A stretch of DNA of 58,536 nucleotides from Macrostomum lignano. Its lineage: Eukaryota. This document shows, one piece after another, positions 1 through 11,969 of the stretch (position 1 is the first letter of the stretch; each line of letters starts with the position of its first letter). The notes under the pieces were generated by a model. The model saw only the letters and a list, made by a program, of their open reading frames with translations. It ran no database searches and had not been told where the DNA came from. A program made the translations under genes and the position numbers. The stretch covers positions 1 to 58,536 of the forward strand of contig NIVC01004138.1 in assembly GCA_002269645.1 (NCBI GenBank). The letters are read 5' to 3'.

Positions 1-112
1 GCCAGTGCAAACCCAACCAGTGCGGCAGTCAGGAGGCGAGCAGACCCGACAATAATTACGCAGAAGTTCCTTTTCCTCTTTTTTAATTCTAATCTGATCT
101 GAGTGTTGGTGG

Positions 113-345
113 CCCAGGCTCGATTCCAAGTGCTGTTACATTAACGATCTGGAGAGCCAACCCAAGGCCGGTGAAGTGTACATTCTTAATAAACGATGAA
201 TAAAGTTAGGGCCGCTGTGCACTCCTGTGTGAGTATGCGCCTGCTTAGGGAAGTCGGCGGAATGGGCAGTAATGCCTGTCGCCGGTTGTACGACAATATC
301 GCTTAAAGTGCGCCAGGATGCACACAGCCCACCCACCTGCTTCTA
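113..345 (+). mobile_element. SINE family A copy, 5'-truncated
   Basis: Aligns by eye with 22444-22800 from CCCAGGCTCGATTCCAAGTGC through GAAGTCGGCGGAATGGGCAGTAATGCC to GCTTAAAGTGC. Confidence 0.7.
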
Positions 346-2326
346 AAGCACATGGCAGTACATATCTCCACTGCTGATGGATGGCCGTATGAATATGAGC
401 AACTCTAGGAAAAAAAACATGTTCTAAAAATAGTATTTTCTCGGGTCCTTTGCAGCTTCACAATAGCAATCCAGCTTGCTCAAGGTATCTAGCCCCGGAG
501 GTAAAAGGTTAGATGTTTTACAAACTTATTCACGAACAGGGTTTTTTGCCTCAAATTTTCAGCTTGGGAGGCTGGAAAAGTACGCCGATCTTTCTTCAGA
601 CGTTTTGCTTAATTCACCTAAAGAAAAGAGAATGACTCATAGAGGGGGGTATGTGTCTAGCGGTTCTGCTCAATCTAAGCCTCGCCTCCACAACACCCAC
701 TCGCTCAGCTCAGCAGAAGCCGCGCAGACGTTAATACTCGGGATAGCATGATGCATTGCCGGTTTGGGAATTCGACCGAATAGCCTCCATCCCATCGCAG
801 CCATTTTGGCCGGCTCCTTCTGGCTTTGGGACTCGCGTTGGCCGCGGTTAGTTTTTAATTGGAGAGCATTTGCTGGGGACTTGAGAGAATTCTTGGGGAG
901 CTCACAAACTGACGCTGAGCAGGGATTGGAAGGGGATCGAAGCTTGAAATTGCTATATCAGATTTTTTTATCCTAGATTATAATTCTTATTTATCTGTGA
1001 CGAATCCCAGTGAGTCACCGTGTTCAAACCTTTACATGCAATTTCAAATGGCAATTTCTATAAATTGCGGGCCAGACCAGAAACATTTGATAAATTGATC
1101 GGAAGAAAAGGAATTCTATCATTCAGACTCCAATTCATTAACAATAGCCCCTTTGTCCGTGAATATGGATTACGTAACAATCTGTCACAATGTGGAAAGA
1201 CCTTAACAGAGAGGTTCTGTACTCAATCTTTCTGCTTTTAGCTTGATATTAGATAGAACCGTATTAAGCCGCGCAGTCAAACCGAATTCGAGTACCTAAA
1301 AAGCCACAAAAACTTAAGGTTCGCTTAGATTTAGAAAGTGAATTGTAATACACGTCACCTTTGCCAGACAAGTGACGTCACCGGTACCGGTAACCCATAA
1401 TGATATAGTTGTAGAGACTGTACAACCAAAACAGCGCGCTAGCAAGTAGAAAGTGTTGAAGAATAAAATCTGGGACAGGGGTTCAATGTCATGGAGACAC
1501 GCTACCCTATACTAGTGAAGATGTCTCCGTTCTCGTTGGTGCAAACAATCTAAAACTATACAGGATGGATGAGCTTCCACCAGGCTGTGACAACTGACAG
1601 AAGCTGTGGATCCGGACCTCCAGTTCAGGTGCTAAGCGAGCGATAGTTGTTAGGGGACAATTTCGGAAAGAGGGGTTTGAAACGGAAGGAGACAGAGAAA
1701 AGCTATAGTATTCGGGAAGCTGGGACAGAGTTAGAAGAATTCTCATACCCATGCATAATACAGAAACTTGATTTACAGTCGGTGCGAACATCGAGATACT
1801 ATGGGTCCAGGCCAGCAACAGCCATGCAGCCAGCTTCGGTACTAAAAAGATGCCAGAAGCAAAACTGCCTTCTTCAAGAGCCTCGTGCAGCGTCGTCCAA
1901 AAATTAGAATTTTTTCTAGGCCTTTCTTACCTTGGAAGGAGCCAGGAGGAATCTGCTCTGAATGCCTGAAGATTTATTGGGGAGCCTACGCGACAATGCG
2001 CCCTCTGCCAGCAGATCCGGGTTGCCACCTTAGCAACAAGACAGGAAAAAAGCGTCCACCTCAACCCCCCCCCCTACCGGCTTCGATACCGCGTCTCCGG
2101 GACGGGCCAATGTTTTCATTGGGAATTGGGACCGGCGTTGCCTAAGCTAAACATGCTATTTGGCAAATTATGGGGAATGCGGCATAAGCGGCGTAAATTA
2201 CTGGGGCCTACAGCCACATTTTGTCAGGATTTATTGAGGCGGTCTGGGCTCCACGCTTTTTAAGGAGGCCCGCAGCTTTTTCAATTGAATTCTAGATGCC
2301 TGGGAGTCTGGGGCTAATGTAACTTG

Positions 2327-2816
<490 letters not shown>

Positions 2817-4196
2817 AATCTATCATCTATCCATCTATCAAGTAAAACCATCACACCAACACCGGTTTCCATAATTAAAACTGAAGCGAGAGCCACAGGG
2901 TGCCTCTCTGTCCAACTTTACAACTCCAGACAGCGGGTTATCAGACGCGCCTCGTCGCATTTTTATTGTTGAATCGCTTCCGCCTGTCAAGGCGCGGCCG
3001 CCCGCCACCAATGATTTATGCGACAACTGTGACCCCGGCCAGCCATCCAGATGGGGGGACCCGTGTTGGGTCAGGCGCCCGCCGGTCTTGGGGTCACCAG
3101 CTCGCACTGAATCAGAGATACGGTCTCGGATTAGTCAGTCAGTCAAGTCAAGTCAGTCTCTTTGTTGTCCACTTTTCTTCAGCGAATTACTGGAATTACG
3201 CACGCGCAAGCAAACACACCTATAGGGTCGGTCGGTCCTAGGTGAGGCATGACAGGCGGCAGGTTTTTTAGAGGGTTGGGGAATTTATCCAGTTGATTGG
3301 TGTTGAGGAACACAATCTAAAATTCTTGTTAAATATCCTTCTGGGTCTCAACTATTTCGTTAAACCTCTGAGAACAGAGCAATTATATTTGGGTAGTATT
3401 GAAAACAAGCAGTTCCAACTTCTGTTTCCTTGTTGACCTTCACTGACCCCGAATAGCTGAGGGCAACTCTAAGTGACTTGAGTTCTGTATCTCTATCTCT
3501 CAATGTGTGTGTTTCGGGCAGAGGTCAAGCCAATTAAGTCTACTAGGCCCTTGGGAAAGGCCTTATAAAAGCGATTTGGTTTTGAGTAGCATCTGGAAGG
3601 CAGTTGCCCTGCTGCTGTAGCGGATGGTAGTTTAGACTCGAGTTGGAACGCACGAGTTGGAAGGCCTTGCGATTTTTTCAGAAAGAAAGAAAGAGGGGGG
3701 TTAGGAGATCGATAAACATTTTATTACGCCACAGAGATTTGGCGGCACCAAGGGGGGTCAGACTGAAGCCTTATACCCCCGCCTGTCATGGGATTATAAT
3801 TTATGACTGTGATACACCGGCCCTCTCTTCCCTATACTCTGTCCTAGTCAGCCATTTTGGAATGGATTGCGCAATCAATTGGCTGGGTCGGCGTGTGTTT
3901 GGGGTTCTGCCCGTGGGGAGGCACATGCTGTGCGGCTGTTGCCAAGTCAGACAGGCGGACAGGCAGACAGAGTTTCAGAATTCAGAGACATAAAACCCTC
4001 AGCCACAGAGGCCTTCAGTCAACGTGTCTTGCCGGTTGTTGTAAGGCAAACGGCAGCATTGAGAATGAATGCAACGTGTCTCGCAGGCCAAACAGGACCA
4101 TAAAAGGCATTATACTAAGGCTTATATAACTGAAAACGTAACAAAGACAGACGGAAATAACAACGACGTTTAGGAACCAATGCCCCGTCGCTGTCT

Positions 4197-4581
4197 GGGG
4201 TCGCCATCATAAGCTCGAAAAATCGCATCGTTGAAAACTGATTTAGCAGCCACCATCACAAACCCGAAAAGTCATAAGCTCGAAAAATCACATCGTTGAA
4301 AAGTTTAGCAACCACCATCATAAGCTCGAAAAGGCACAAGCTCTAACCCTAACCCTATTCGAGCTTGTGATGGTGGTTGCTAAATCACTTTTTGACAATG
4401 TGATTTTTCAAGCTTATGATGGTGGTTGCTAAAATTTTCGACGATGTGATTTTTCGAGCTTATGATGGTGGTTGCTAAACTTTTCGACGATGTGATTTTT
4501 CGAGCTTGTGATGGTGGTTGCTAGACTTTTCGACGATATGATTTTTCGAGCTTATGACTTTTCGAGCTTGTGATGGGCCCC
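4197..4581. mobile_element. Small foldback MITE with GGGG...CCCC termini
   Basis: Starts GGGGTCGCCATCATAAGCTCG and ends CGAGCTTGTGATGGGCCCC. Internally repeated inverted arms. 8-bp TSD CGCTGTCT at 4189-4196 and 4582-4589. Confidence 0.85.
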
Positions 4582-5469
4582 CGCTGTCTGCCCAGGACGG
4601 AAAATTCGCATCTCTGACAGCAAGGAAGCAACCTTTAGCACTGAATGAACTCAACAAGCAGTGGAGCATTCGAAACAGACCAGAGAAATGAGCTATTCTG
4701 CCTAAAAAAAATACGACTTGGAATAATTATATTGACAGGCCGCAGAGGGGCAAACATAGACTTGTCAATCAAGACCAGTTTGGGGGGGATTGCTAAAGTT
4801 CTTCCCCTACCCAAGAGAACAAGGGTGAAAAAAAATCATTTCTGAATCTGAGATTGTAAACACAGACTGTGCAGGGCCCCAGGGTCTCAGAGATTTGCTT
4901 TTAATTTTAATGCCTCCCCACAGGCTGGGAAATGGCGCGGAATGGAAGGGATAAGGAACAAAGACCCGCAATCAGTCACTTACCACAAATTACGGAAATG
5001 CAATGAATGTTCGTCGTTACTCGCGAAACAGCGAGTATGGCACTTAAAACGAAATTTTCCTGCCACTCCTTACCTTTGCCCCTCTTTCCTAAATACGCTA
5101 TTCTTATTCCACAAGTCCCGTGAAGCCGCAGACAGGAAAACAGACAGGCAGGCGGGTGTGTTTTGACTGTCCTTAGAGAGTTGTACAAAACCAGAAAGAG
5201 GACAACTGTCTTACTAATTCCATCGTTTTCAATTCTTGCACCCCCCCTCCCCTCATCCCCAAGTCATTTCCTGTCTGATAAGTATGAAATTGGCATCATT
5301 TCCTGTTCGCTAATGATTATTACCACAATATTAGCCACTTGATTATAGTTTGTTCTGTTCTCGCTCTCGCTCTGCAAAAATATGTTAACTATTTTAATTA
5401 GACTTGAAAAAAAACTAAAAACAAGCTTTTTGATTCGCACCTGCCCATTGGAGACGCAAAAATATAAAA

Positions 5470-5730
5470 TTTCTCTATTCTCCTCTCTTCTCTCCTTTCC
5501 TTTACTTTCGTCTCCTCTCTCCTTTCTCACCTCTACTCTATCCTACATTCTCTCTCATCTCATCTCACCTCTATCCTCTTCTCCCACCTCTACTCTCACC
5601 TACCTTCTCTCTTCTGTCCTTTCCTTTCCTTTCCACTCCTCTACACTCAACTATATTCTCACATCTCCTCTCTTTCCTCTCCGTTCCTGTCCTCTTCTCT
5701 CACCTCTACTCTCCCTATCCCCTCTTCTAT
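5470..5730. repeat. CT-rich low-complexity tract
   Basis: Degenerate (CTCT/CTCCT)n. Confidence 0.8.
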
Positions 5731-6504
5731 TCGTACGTCAGGACAACTGACAAGGTCAGGATCGTAGCAAGCGTTTCAAAACTGCATCTAATCTGACTGA
5801 GATGTCAGGCTTGCAGAACGGTGAGACGGATATATATAGAGGCTCGTATAACGTATATATATATAGATATAAAGCAAACAGAGCAGCTTTATATCTTGGC
5901 TGCAAGCTTCGCATGAGTCACTGACCTGAATCCTTTTCCTTATGGTTGAATTCGACGCAGAGCCGTGCGGATCAGTGTATCAGTAACAGAAAAATTGCTA
6001 TATTATAAATTAAAATAAACCATACACTTTAAGTCGCTATCAAGCCATAGAATGGAACAAAGAGTCGCTGACAGAACCCGCATGACTTGAGTCTCACGTT
6101 CTCGCTTCGACGCTCATAGTTTCGTTGGATAGGGAATGCTTTTTTTTCTATCTATAGCTCATTCTCAAATCCCTACGGGGAACCTGTTTCAAGTGCTGAT
6201 GCACGCTTCAGTCAATTTCAATTTGACTCTTTGTTTCATTTACCATCGGCTCTAGATATGATAGGTCGCAAATAGAATCATTGTATCTACTAAAAATGCG
6301 AAACACTCCCGTTTATTAAATTGGCCTAGTAAATCCTATACTATAACCATCTGTTCGAGAACAAAGACTAGAATTCGTTAAATCATTGTTGGCTGTATTT
6401 TTTAGACCAGGGACGCCCTTGTTTTTTTTGAGCAGCTCAGTGGCAAACGCTCTGCTCACGACTCTCGCGCCGTGACCCCCTGCTTTGATTCCGGGAATGC
6501 GCGG

Positions 6505-6660
6505 CCGGGAGAGAAGAGGAGAGGAGAGGAGAGGAGAGGAGAGGAGAGGAGAGAAGAGGAGAGGAGATTAGAGAGAGGGGAGCTGAGAAGAGACACAAAC
6601 CCTGAGCGGGCCGGATTGCTATTGTGAAGTTCAAACGACCCGAGGGCCGGATAGACAGCT
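6505..6660 (+). repeat. Interspersed GA-rich repeat
   Basis: (GAGAG)n followed by AGAGACACAAACCCTGAGCGGGCCGGATTGCTATTGTGAAGTT...GACCCGAGGGCCGG; a similar segment occurs at ~53021-53145. Confidence 0.65.
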
Positions 6661-7459
6661 TTTGCGAGCCTCGATTTGCCGACCTGTTCGGCCAAACAAT
6701 ACAGAAGTCAGGACAAAAGCTTTAGAGTGACTGACTTGTCCACTTCGATATGGGGCTTCTATTATTTCCATATTGAATTAATGTAGAAAACGATATTACT
6801 ACCACGGATTAGAATGAAATTTTTGTAGGCACAGAATAACAGATTCTTTGACTTTTACTATAAGACCGGTAAGGGCCCATTGAATTGTTTTAGCACCAAT
6901 TAAGCGCCATATACAGGTTTTATTCATGGAAACGTGGTGATAACTAAGGGCTAACACCGAGCGAACGACCATCCGCCTCCATTTTCTGGATGGGGACACC
7001 GGCACCACCGAATCTCAGGTGCACAAGCCGGTACACCAGCCACCCGTGGTCGCAAAAGCATAAGTCTTCAGGGTTCAAATCAGACTTCTCTCCCACTTCT
7101 AGGAGGTTTGGCTGCTTCGGCTTTTTTGGGCTCTATATAATAACGAATTTAGCAGCCAAATTATTCATAAAGAGGGCCGAGAGTACCGAGACTGAGCGGG
7201 AGGCAGATTGGGGTCTTGGGGCCAGTTTTTCCCTCCCGCTCTCGCTCCCTCAGCTCCGCAGCCCAAACGGTGAGTTGAGAGGAGAGGAGAGGAGAGGAGA
7301 GGAGAGGAAAGAAAAGGAGAGGAGAGAAGAGGAGAGGAGAGGAGAGGAGAGGAGAGGAAAGGAGAGGAGAGGAGAGGGTTGAGCACAAGAAAGACGGTAA
7401 ACGTTTTCATTTGGGCGCAAAAGTCTACGGTAAGCATTCAAACAAAAATAATCTCTTAC

Positions 7460-7678
7460 CAGCAGGAGGTCGCGTTTATTTGAAGCCGACAGACTCAACT
7501 GCAACGCCTGTCGATGAAGCTCCAGCAGGCTGAGCCGACAGGACTCGCAGCGCTGCTGCTGCTGCTGAGGCGGCTGTCGAGGTGCCTGCGGTGGCGGCGG
7601 CTGCTGCTGCTGAAGCGGCGTCGGCGGCAGCGGTATCTTTGATCGGTCAGCAGCCACGGGAACGCGACTTCTCTTCAT
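7460..7678 (-). CDS. Probable first coding exon of a host gene (Q/P-rich, CxxC), function unknown
   Basis: ATG at 7678 gives MKRSRVPVAADRSKIPLPPTPLQQQQPPPPQAPRQPPQQQQQRCESCRLSLL...DLLL, then a GTAAGA donor in phase 0 (219 nt). GC-rich relative to its flanks. Confidence 0.5.
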
Positions 7679-8289
7679 TATCCGATTCAATTTTCGAAAT
7701 TGATAGATACTAGGTCTAGGATATAGATCTATAGGTCTAGATAGATGGAAGCGCCTGTCTCTGGAATGTTGGAATTGAAGTCTACGAATAGAATTCAATA
7801 ACAAAAGTAGGGGGACCTGCTGGTCCTCCTCTGCTTCAATTAGTAGAGCTTATGCTGCTTCTCCGTGTCTCCCTCCGGACCTCCAGCTGCCGTATAACAG
7901 GCCGAACATATAGAACAGCCCCAACCCCCAAAGGCCTTAGCCCACATGGCGATGGGGCAGTCAGCCAATGAGAGAGCTGGGAAGGGGTGGGTGTTGAGGG
8001 ACAGAAAGGCAGTCAGGAGCTGAGCATGGGCCTTTTCTAAAACTAAAAACTTCGAGTTTCTAAAGATCTAACTTACATTACTAACTAACTGACTTTTATA
8101 GAGTAATGCAAGTTGATAAACAGATTAATACAGTTTAGTGTTAGTATATTAATTAAGCGCCTACATCGTAAATAACCTAGAAAATTAAATTAGTACAGTC
8201 AGCCAAGTGCACTAACTATTTATAATTACATGATAATAGAAAGCCAGGGGTTGCTTCAAACTTGAAGCCAGCCCATACTATTGCAAAGT

Positions 8290-8600
8290 CAAATCACAGA
8301 AGTCAAACCTCAATGGAATCAAATCTCAGGGGAAGTCAATCAAATCTCAGTGCCTCAGGGGAGTCAAATCTCACTGCCTCAGGGGAGTCCAATCTTAAGG
8401 CCTCAGGCTCAGAGTGTTAAATCTCAGGGGGTCAAAGCTAAGGGGGTCAAATCTCAGGGGAGTCAAATCTCATGGGAGTCAAATCTCATGGGAGTCAAAT
8501 CTCAGGGGAGTCAAAATCTCAGGGGTCAAACCTCAAGGGAGTCAAATCTCAATCTCAAAGGAATCTGAGAGTCAAATCGCAGATTGAGCCAATCTGAAGT
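8290..8600. repeat. Degenerate ~15-bp tandem repeat (GGGGAGTCAAATCTCA-like)
   Basis: Repeated GTCAAATCTCA core. Confidence 0.8.
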
Positions 8601-9251
8601 GAGCGTAATCTCAGAGGGGGTGGATCAAATCTCACTAAACAGAGAGCGAAAAAACAAGATTGCCATTCAGTTTGGTCATCCATTTTAATTTTAACTATCG
8701 GTAGGTGAAATTTATTAAGGTAAGCCAGCCAACCAAACCAATCAAGATGGCTTGCCGCTTATTGTCTGTCAAAATTAATCCCGGCTGAGTGAGAGAGTGA
8801 CGGATGGATTGATGGATAAGCTTCAATGCCCACACCAACACCAGTCTCTTCAGTCACATGTCTCTTTGTTTCTAAAACGTTTCCATTTTTTGCCAAGAGC
8901 TGAACTTTACGGAGAAGTGAGTGAGTCACTGGCAAGCATATATAAACTTAATTTGGCAATGGGATGTCTCATCTAAACAGGTCTAAATTCCCCGGGAATT
9001 TCTCCAGGATAAGGCCCTAGCGATGTCGTAAATTAAGTAAAGGAGAGGCCTGGCTTTCCAGACGGCGCGAACCATTTGCTCAAACATTAATAGGGAGGGG
9101 GGCACCAACTTTGCGTAAATTCAGGCCATTTTAGAGTGGCTTGTCTGATCACGTGTTCTGAACAATTAAGTGGCTTTTGCGACGGTTGAAAATGGTTTGT
9201 GAATTCGTGGCGCAGTGTACAATGCTTTATGAGCTGGAACCATGCAGAAAG

Positions 9252-9575
9252 CGTCTGACACATTTGCGACAGTGTCTGACACACCGACACTATAGTGTCT
9301 GACACATTTGCGACAGTGTCTGACACATTTGCGACAGTGTCTGACACATTTGCGACAGTGTCTGACACACCGACACTATAGTGTCTGACACATTTGCAAC
9401 AGTGTCTGACACATTTGCGACAGTGTCTGACACATTTGCGACAGTGTCTGACACATTTGCGACAGTGTCTGACACATTTGCGACAGTGTCTGACACACCG
9501 ACACTATATATAGCATCTGACAAATTTGCGACAGTGTCTGACACATTGATATCAGTGTCTGACACAGAAACACAG
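9252..9575. repeat. 21-bp minisatellite
   Basis: Unit GTGTCTGACACATTTGCGACA. Confidence 0.95.
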
Positions 9576-9579
9576 TAGG

Positions 9580-9972
9580 TTCTGACACAGTGACACCAGT
9601 CTGACACAGTGACACCAGTATGACACAGTGACACCAGACTGACACAGTGACACCAGACTGACACAGTGACACCAATCTGACACAGTGACACCAGTATGAC
9701 ACAGTGACACCAGTCTGACACTGACACCAGTCTGACACAGTGACACCAGTCTGACACAGTGACACCAGTATGACACAGTGACACCAGTCTGAGTGACACC
9801 AGTATGACACAGTGACACCAGTCTGACACAGTGACACCAGTCTGACACAGTGACACCAGTCTGACACAGTGACACCAGTCTGACACAGTGACACCAGTAT
9901 GACACAGTGACACCAGTCTGAGTGACACCAGTATGACACAGTGACACCAGTCTGACACAGTGACACCAGACT
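9580..9972. repeat. 19-bp minisatellite, left part
   Basis: Unit GTGACACCAGTCTGACACA; the array resumes at 15785 after the LINE. Confidence 0.95.
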
Positions 9973-10253
9973 GGCCGGGGCTGTTGCCCCCAGGACCCCG
10001 GGTCCTGCACGTAATGGCGTGGTGAACTATCTGTGCAGTATGAGACTGGTATGGCCTTTATCCCAGCCAGCGATGCTCACACCTGCCTCCCCTGGCGGGC
10101 TGATAGCTCAAGAGACTCTGTCTCCTGATTTTCACCTTGCAAGGCGCACTTCGAAGGGTACTCGTCCCGTGGGTGTTAAGGCAGGCCCCCTTGGGCCCTG
10201 CCGAGCTGATTCGTTGGCGCCGGGTCCTGGTGTGACCATAAACGCACCCTCTA

Positions 10254-11969
10254 ATGTCCCAGTGTAACTCCGTGCTGATGGACGCTTGGCCAGGGAGTAG
10301 TCTGGTCGCTAACGGTTCCCCTTGCGCTTTTGGGTCCCCCGCAGGGTGGTATTTTGCTTTTTGGGGGCCTGCCGCTTGGTTTGGGGTTGCGGCCTTGCGG
10401 CTCTTTGCCTGTGTTCTGCAGGAAGTCCCACCTTTTTACTTCCAGCCAATGGCTTCTAACCGAAGAAATCAACCGGCTGTGGATGACACAGTGCCTCCGG
10501 CCTCGGCTGGGGCCGTGGACTCCTCGGCCATACCACCTGCTACCATCGGGGACGCCTCGGCGAGACCCGTGGAGCCAACTCTGAGCGGTGCCTCCGAGAA
10601 GACACCTGCTACTCCAGCTGCTAAGAAACGCAGCACCACCTCTGGAGCTGCCCGCCGTCGACTTAACAAGGCGAGGCGGGCCAAGGAGGGCGGAAGCCAA
10701 ACCGGTGCCAGGGGCCAACGGCCCGCGGCAGCGGAAGCTTCCCAGTCTGGGGCGGTGGCGGAAGAGGGCCTCGAGCCCACGGAAGCCCCTGCCCAGGATA
10801 GGGAGGCCGATGCAGCCGGGAGGGTGGACAGCCCACCTGAAGAAAGCTCCACTGACCCCCGGGCCTCCTACGCTGATGCGGCAAAGAGGCAACCGGCGGT
10901 TGTCATCCTGGGAAAGGACGCGCGCCTGTCTCCCGATCAGCTGAAGCAGGTGAGAAGTGCCGTTGATGGCCTCCTGTGGAAGCAAACTCTGAAGGGCACG
11001 CCTCTGAACATTCATTCGAATGCGACGAGGGACTCGTGCCTTCTCATTTGGCCCAGTGATGCTGACTCGGGTCGGCGGCTCCTTGAGCTGCTGCCCGAGC
11101 AGAGCTGGGACCTCAACCTAGCCTTCTGCAGAGAGGACGAGCGCCCCCGGACCAAGAGGCATCGAATCTGGGTCCCGGCCAGGAGCGTTGTTACCTCTGC
11201 TGACGAGCTCCGGAAAGGACTGCTAGCAGTCAACCGGGAGCTTCCCGCCGCGGGCCTAGTGGTGCATGACACCCTTAAGCGCACCGACGGCACTGGCTTC
11301 ACAGCCATCCTGGGGCTGTCGGACGCCTGGATGAGGCGTTATCCACACGGCAGCTTCATCAACGTCGGCCTTTGGAAGCTGCGCATCCGCTCCTACGAGG
11401 CCGACCCTCCCCGTGGCAGTGAGCAGGGCGGGCGGGATGCGGAGGCGGCCGGGGCCGAGGCGCAAGCCTCTGCTCAGACTGCCAAAGCAAACCGCCCTGC
11501 CCGGCAGCACGGCCGCGCGGGCAAAGCTGAGCGCGCTGCTGAGGGCGGAGGCGACCGACGCCCGGCGCGCAGCACCAAGCGGCGCGGCCTGTACCAGCGT
11601 GCAGCTGAGGCAGTCCGTACCGCCAAAATCTCCCAGCTGAGGCGAGAGGTCGCCGGGACGCCTAGGCGCACCAGTTCGTCCAGGGAGGGTGGGGACGTCC
11701 CAGCTGGGCCCAACCCCTCGGGGCAGGGCCGACTGGAGACGGACCCGCCTGCCCAGGCGGCTGGCTGCTCCAGGGCATTGGGCCAATCTGAGGCGGAGGA
11801 CCCCATGGATGGTGGGCAAAGGGCGGCGAACGCTGCCTACTGCCTTCCGGCCAATCGGGGGCCTTTTGCTGAAGAAGAGCCCATGGACACCGGCGACCCC
11901 GACCCGAAGCCGGTGAGCGCCGAGGAGGAGGAGGAACTCCTGGCGGCTGCAACATCCGATCTGCAATGA
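10254..11969 (+). CDS. LINE ORF1 (gag-like, DUF4780-like); real start may be the ATG at 10449
   Basis: 571-aa ORF directly upstream of ORF2. RPRTKRHRIWVP...ELRKGLLAVNRELP resembles the DUF4780 region of LOA/R1-type ORF1 proteins. No CCHC knuckle seen. Confidence 0.8.
   Translation: MSQCNSVLMDAWPGSSLVANGSPCAFGSPAGWYFAFWGPAAWFGVAALRLFACVLQEVPPFYFQPMASNRRNQPAVDDTVPPASAGAVDSSAIPPATIGDASARPVEPTLSGASEKTPATPAAKKRSTTSGAARRRLNKARRAKEGGSQTGARGQRPAAAEASQSGAVAEEGLEPTEAPAQDREADAAGRVDSPPEESSTDPRASYADAAKRQPAVVILGKDARLSPDQLKQVRSAVDGLLWKQTLKGTPLNIHSNATRDSCLLIWPSDADSGRRLLELLPEQSWDLNLAFCREDERPRTKRHRIWVPARSVVTSADELRKGLLAVNRELPAAGLVVHDTLKRTDGTGFTAILGLSDAWMRRYPHGSFINVGLWKLRIRSYEADPPRGSEQGGRDAEAAGAEAQASAQTAKANRPARQHGRAGKAERAAEGGGDRRPARSTKRRGLYQRAAEAVRTAKISQLRREVAGTPRRTSSSREGGDVPAGPNPSGQGRLETDPPAQAAGCSRALGQSEAEDPMDGGQRAANAAYCLPANRGPFAEEEPMDTGDPDPKPVSAEEEEELLAAATSDLQ

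Noticed and set aside
2840-3160. Possible LINE 3' remnant ending in (AGTCA)n
   Set aside because: The tail resembles the LINE's, but no recognisable protein motif or UTR alignment was found.
5382-5750. Leu/Ser- or Glu/Arg-rich ORFs (also 51639-52088, 7161-7437)
   Set aside because: Low-complexity CT/GA tracts.
9290-10010. Cys/His-rich repetitive ORFs (also 16407-16977, 19495-20697)
   Set aside because: Open in several frames and on both strands because they are minisatellite translations.
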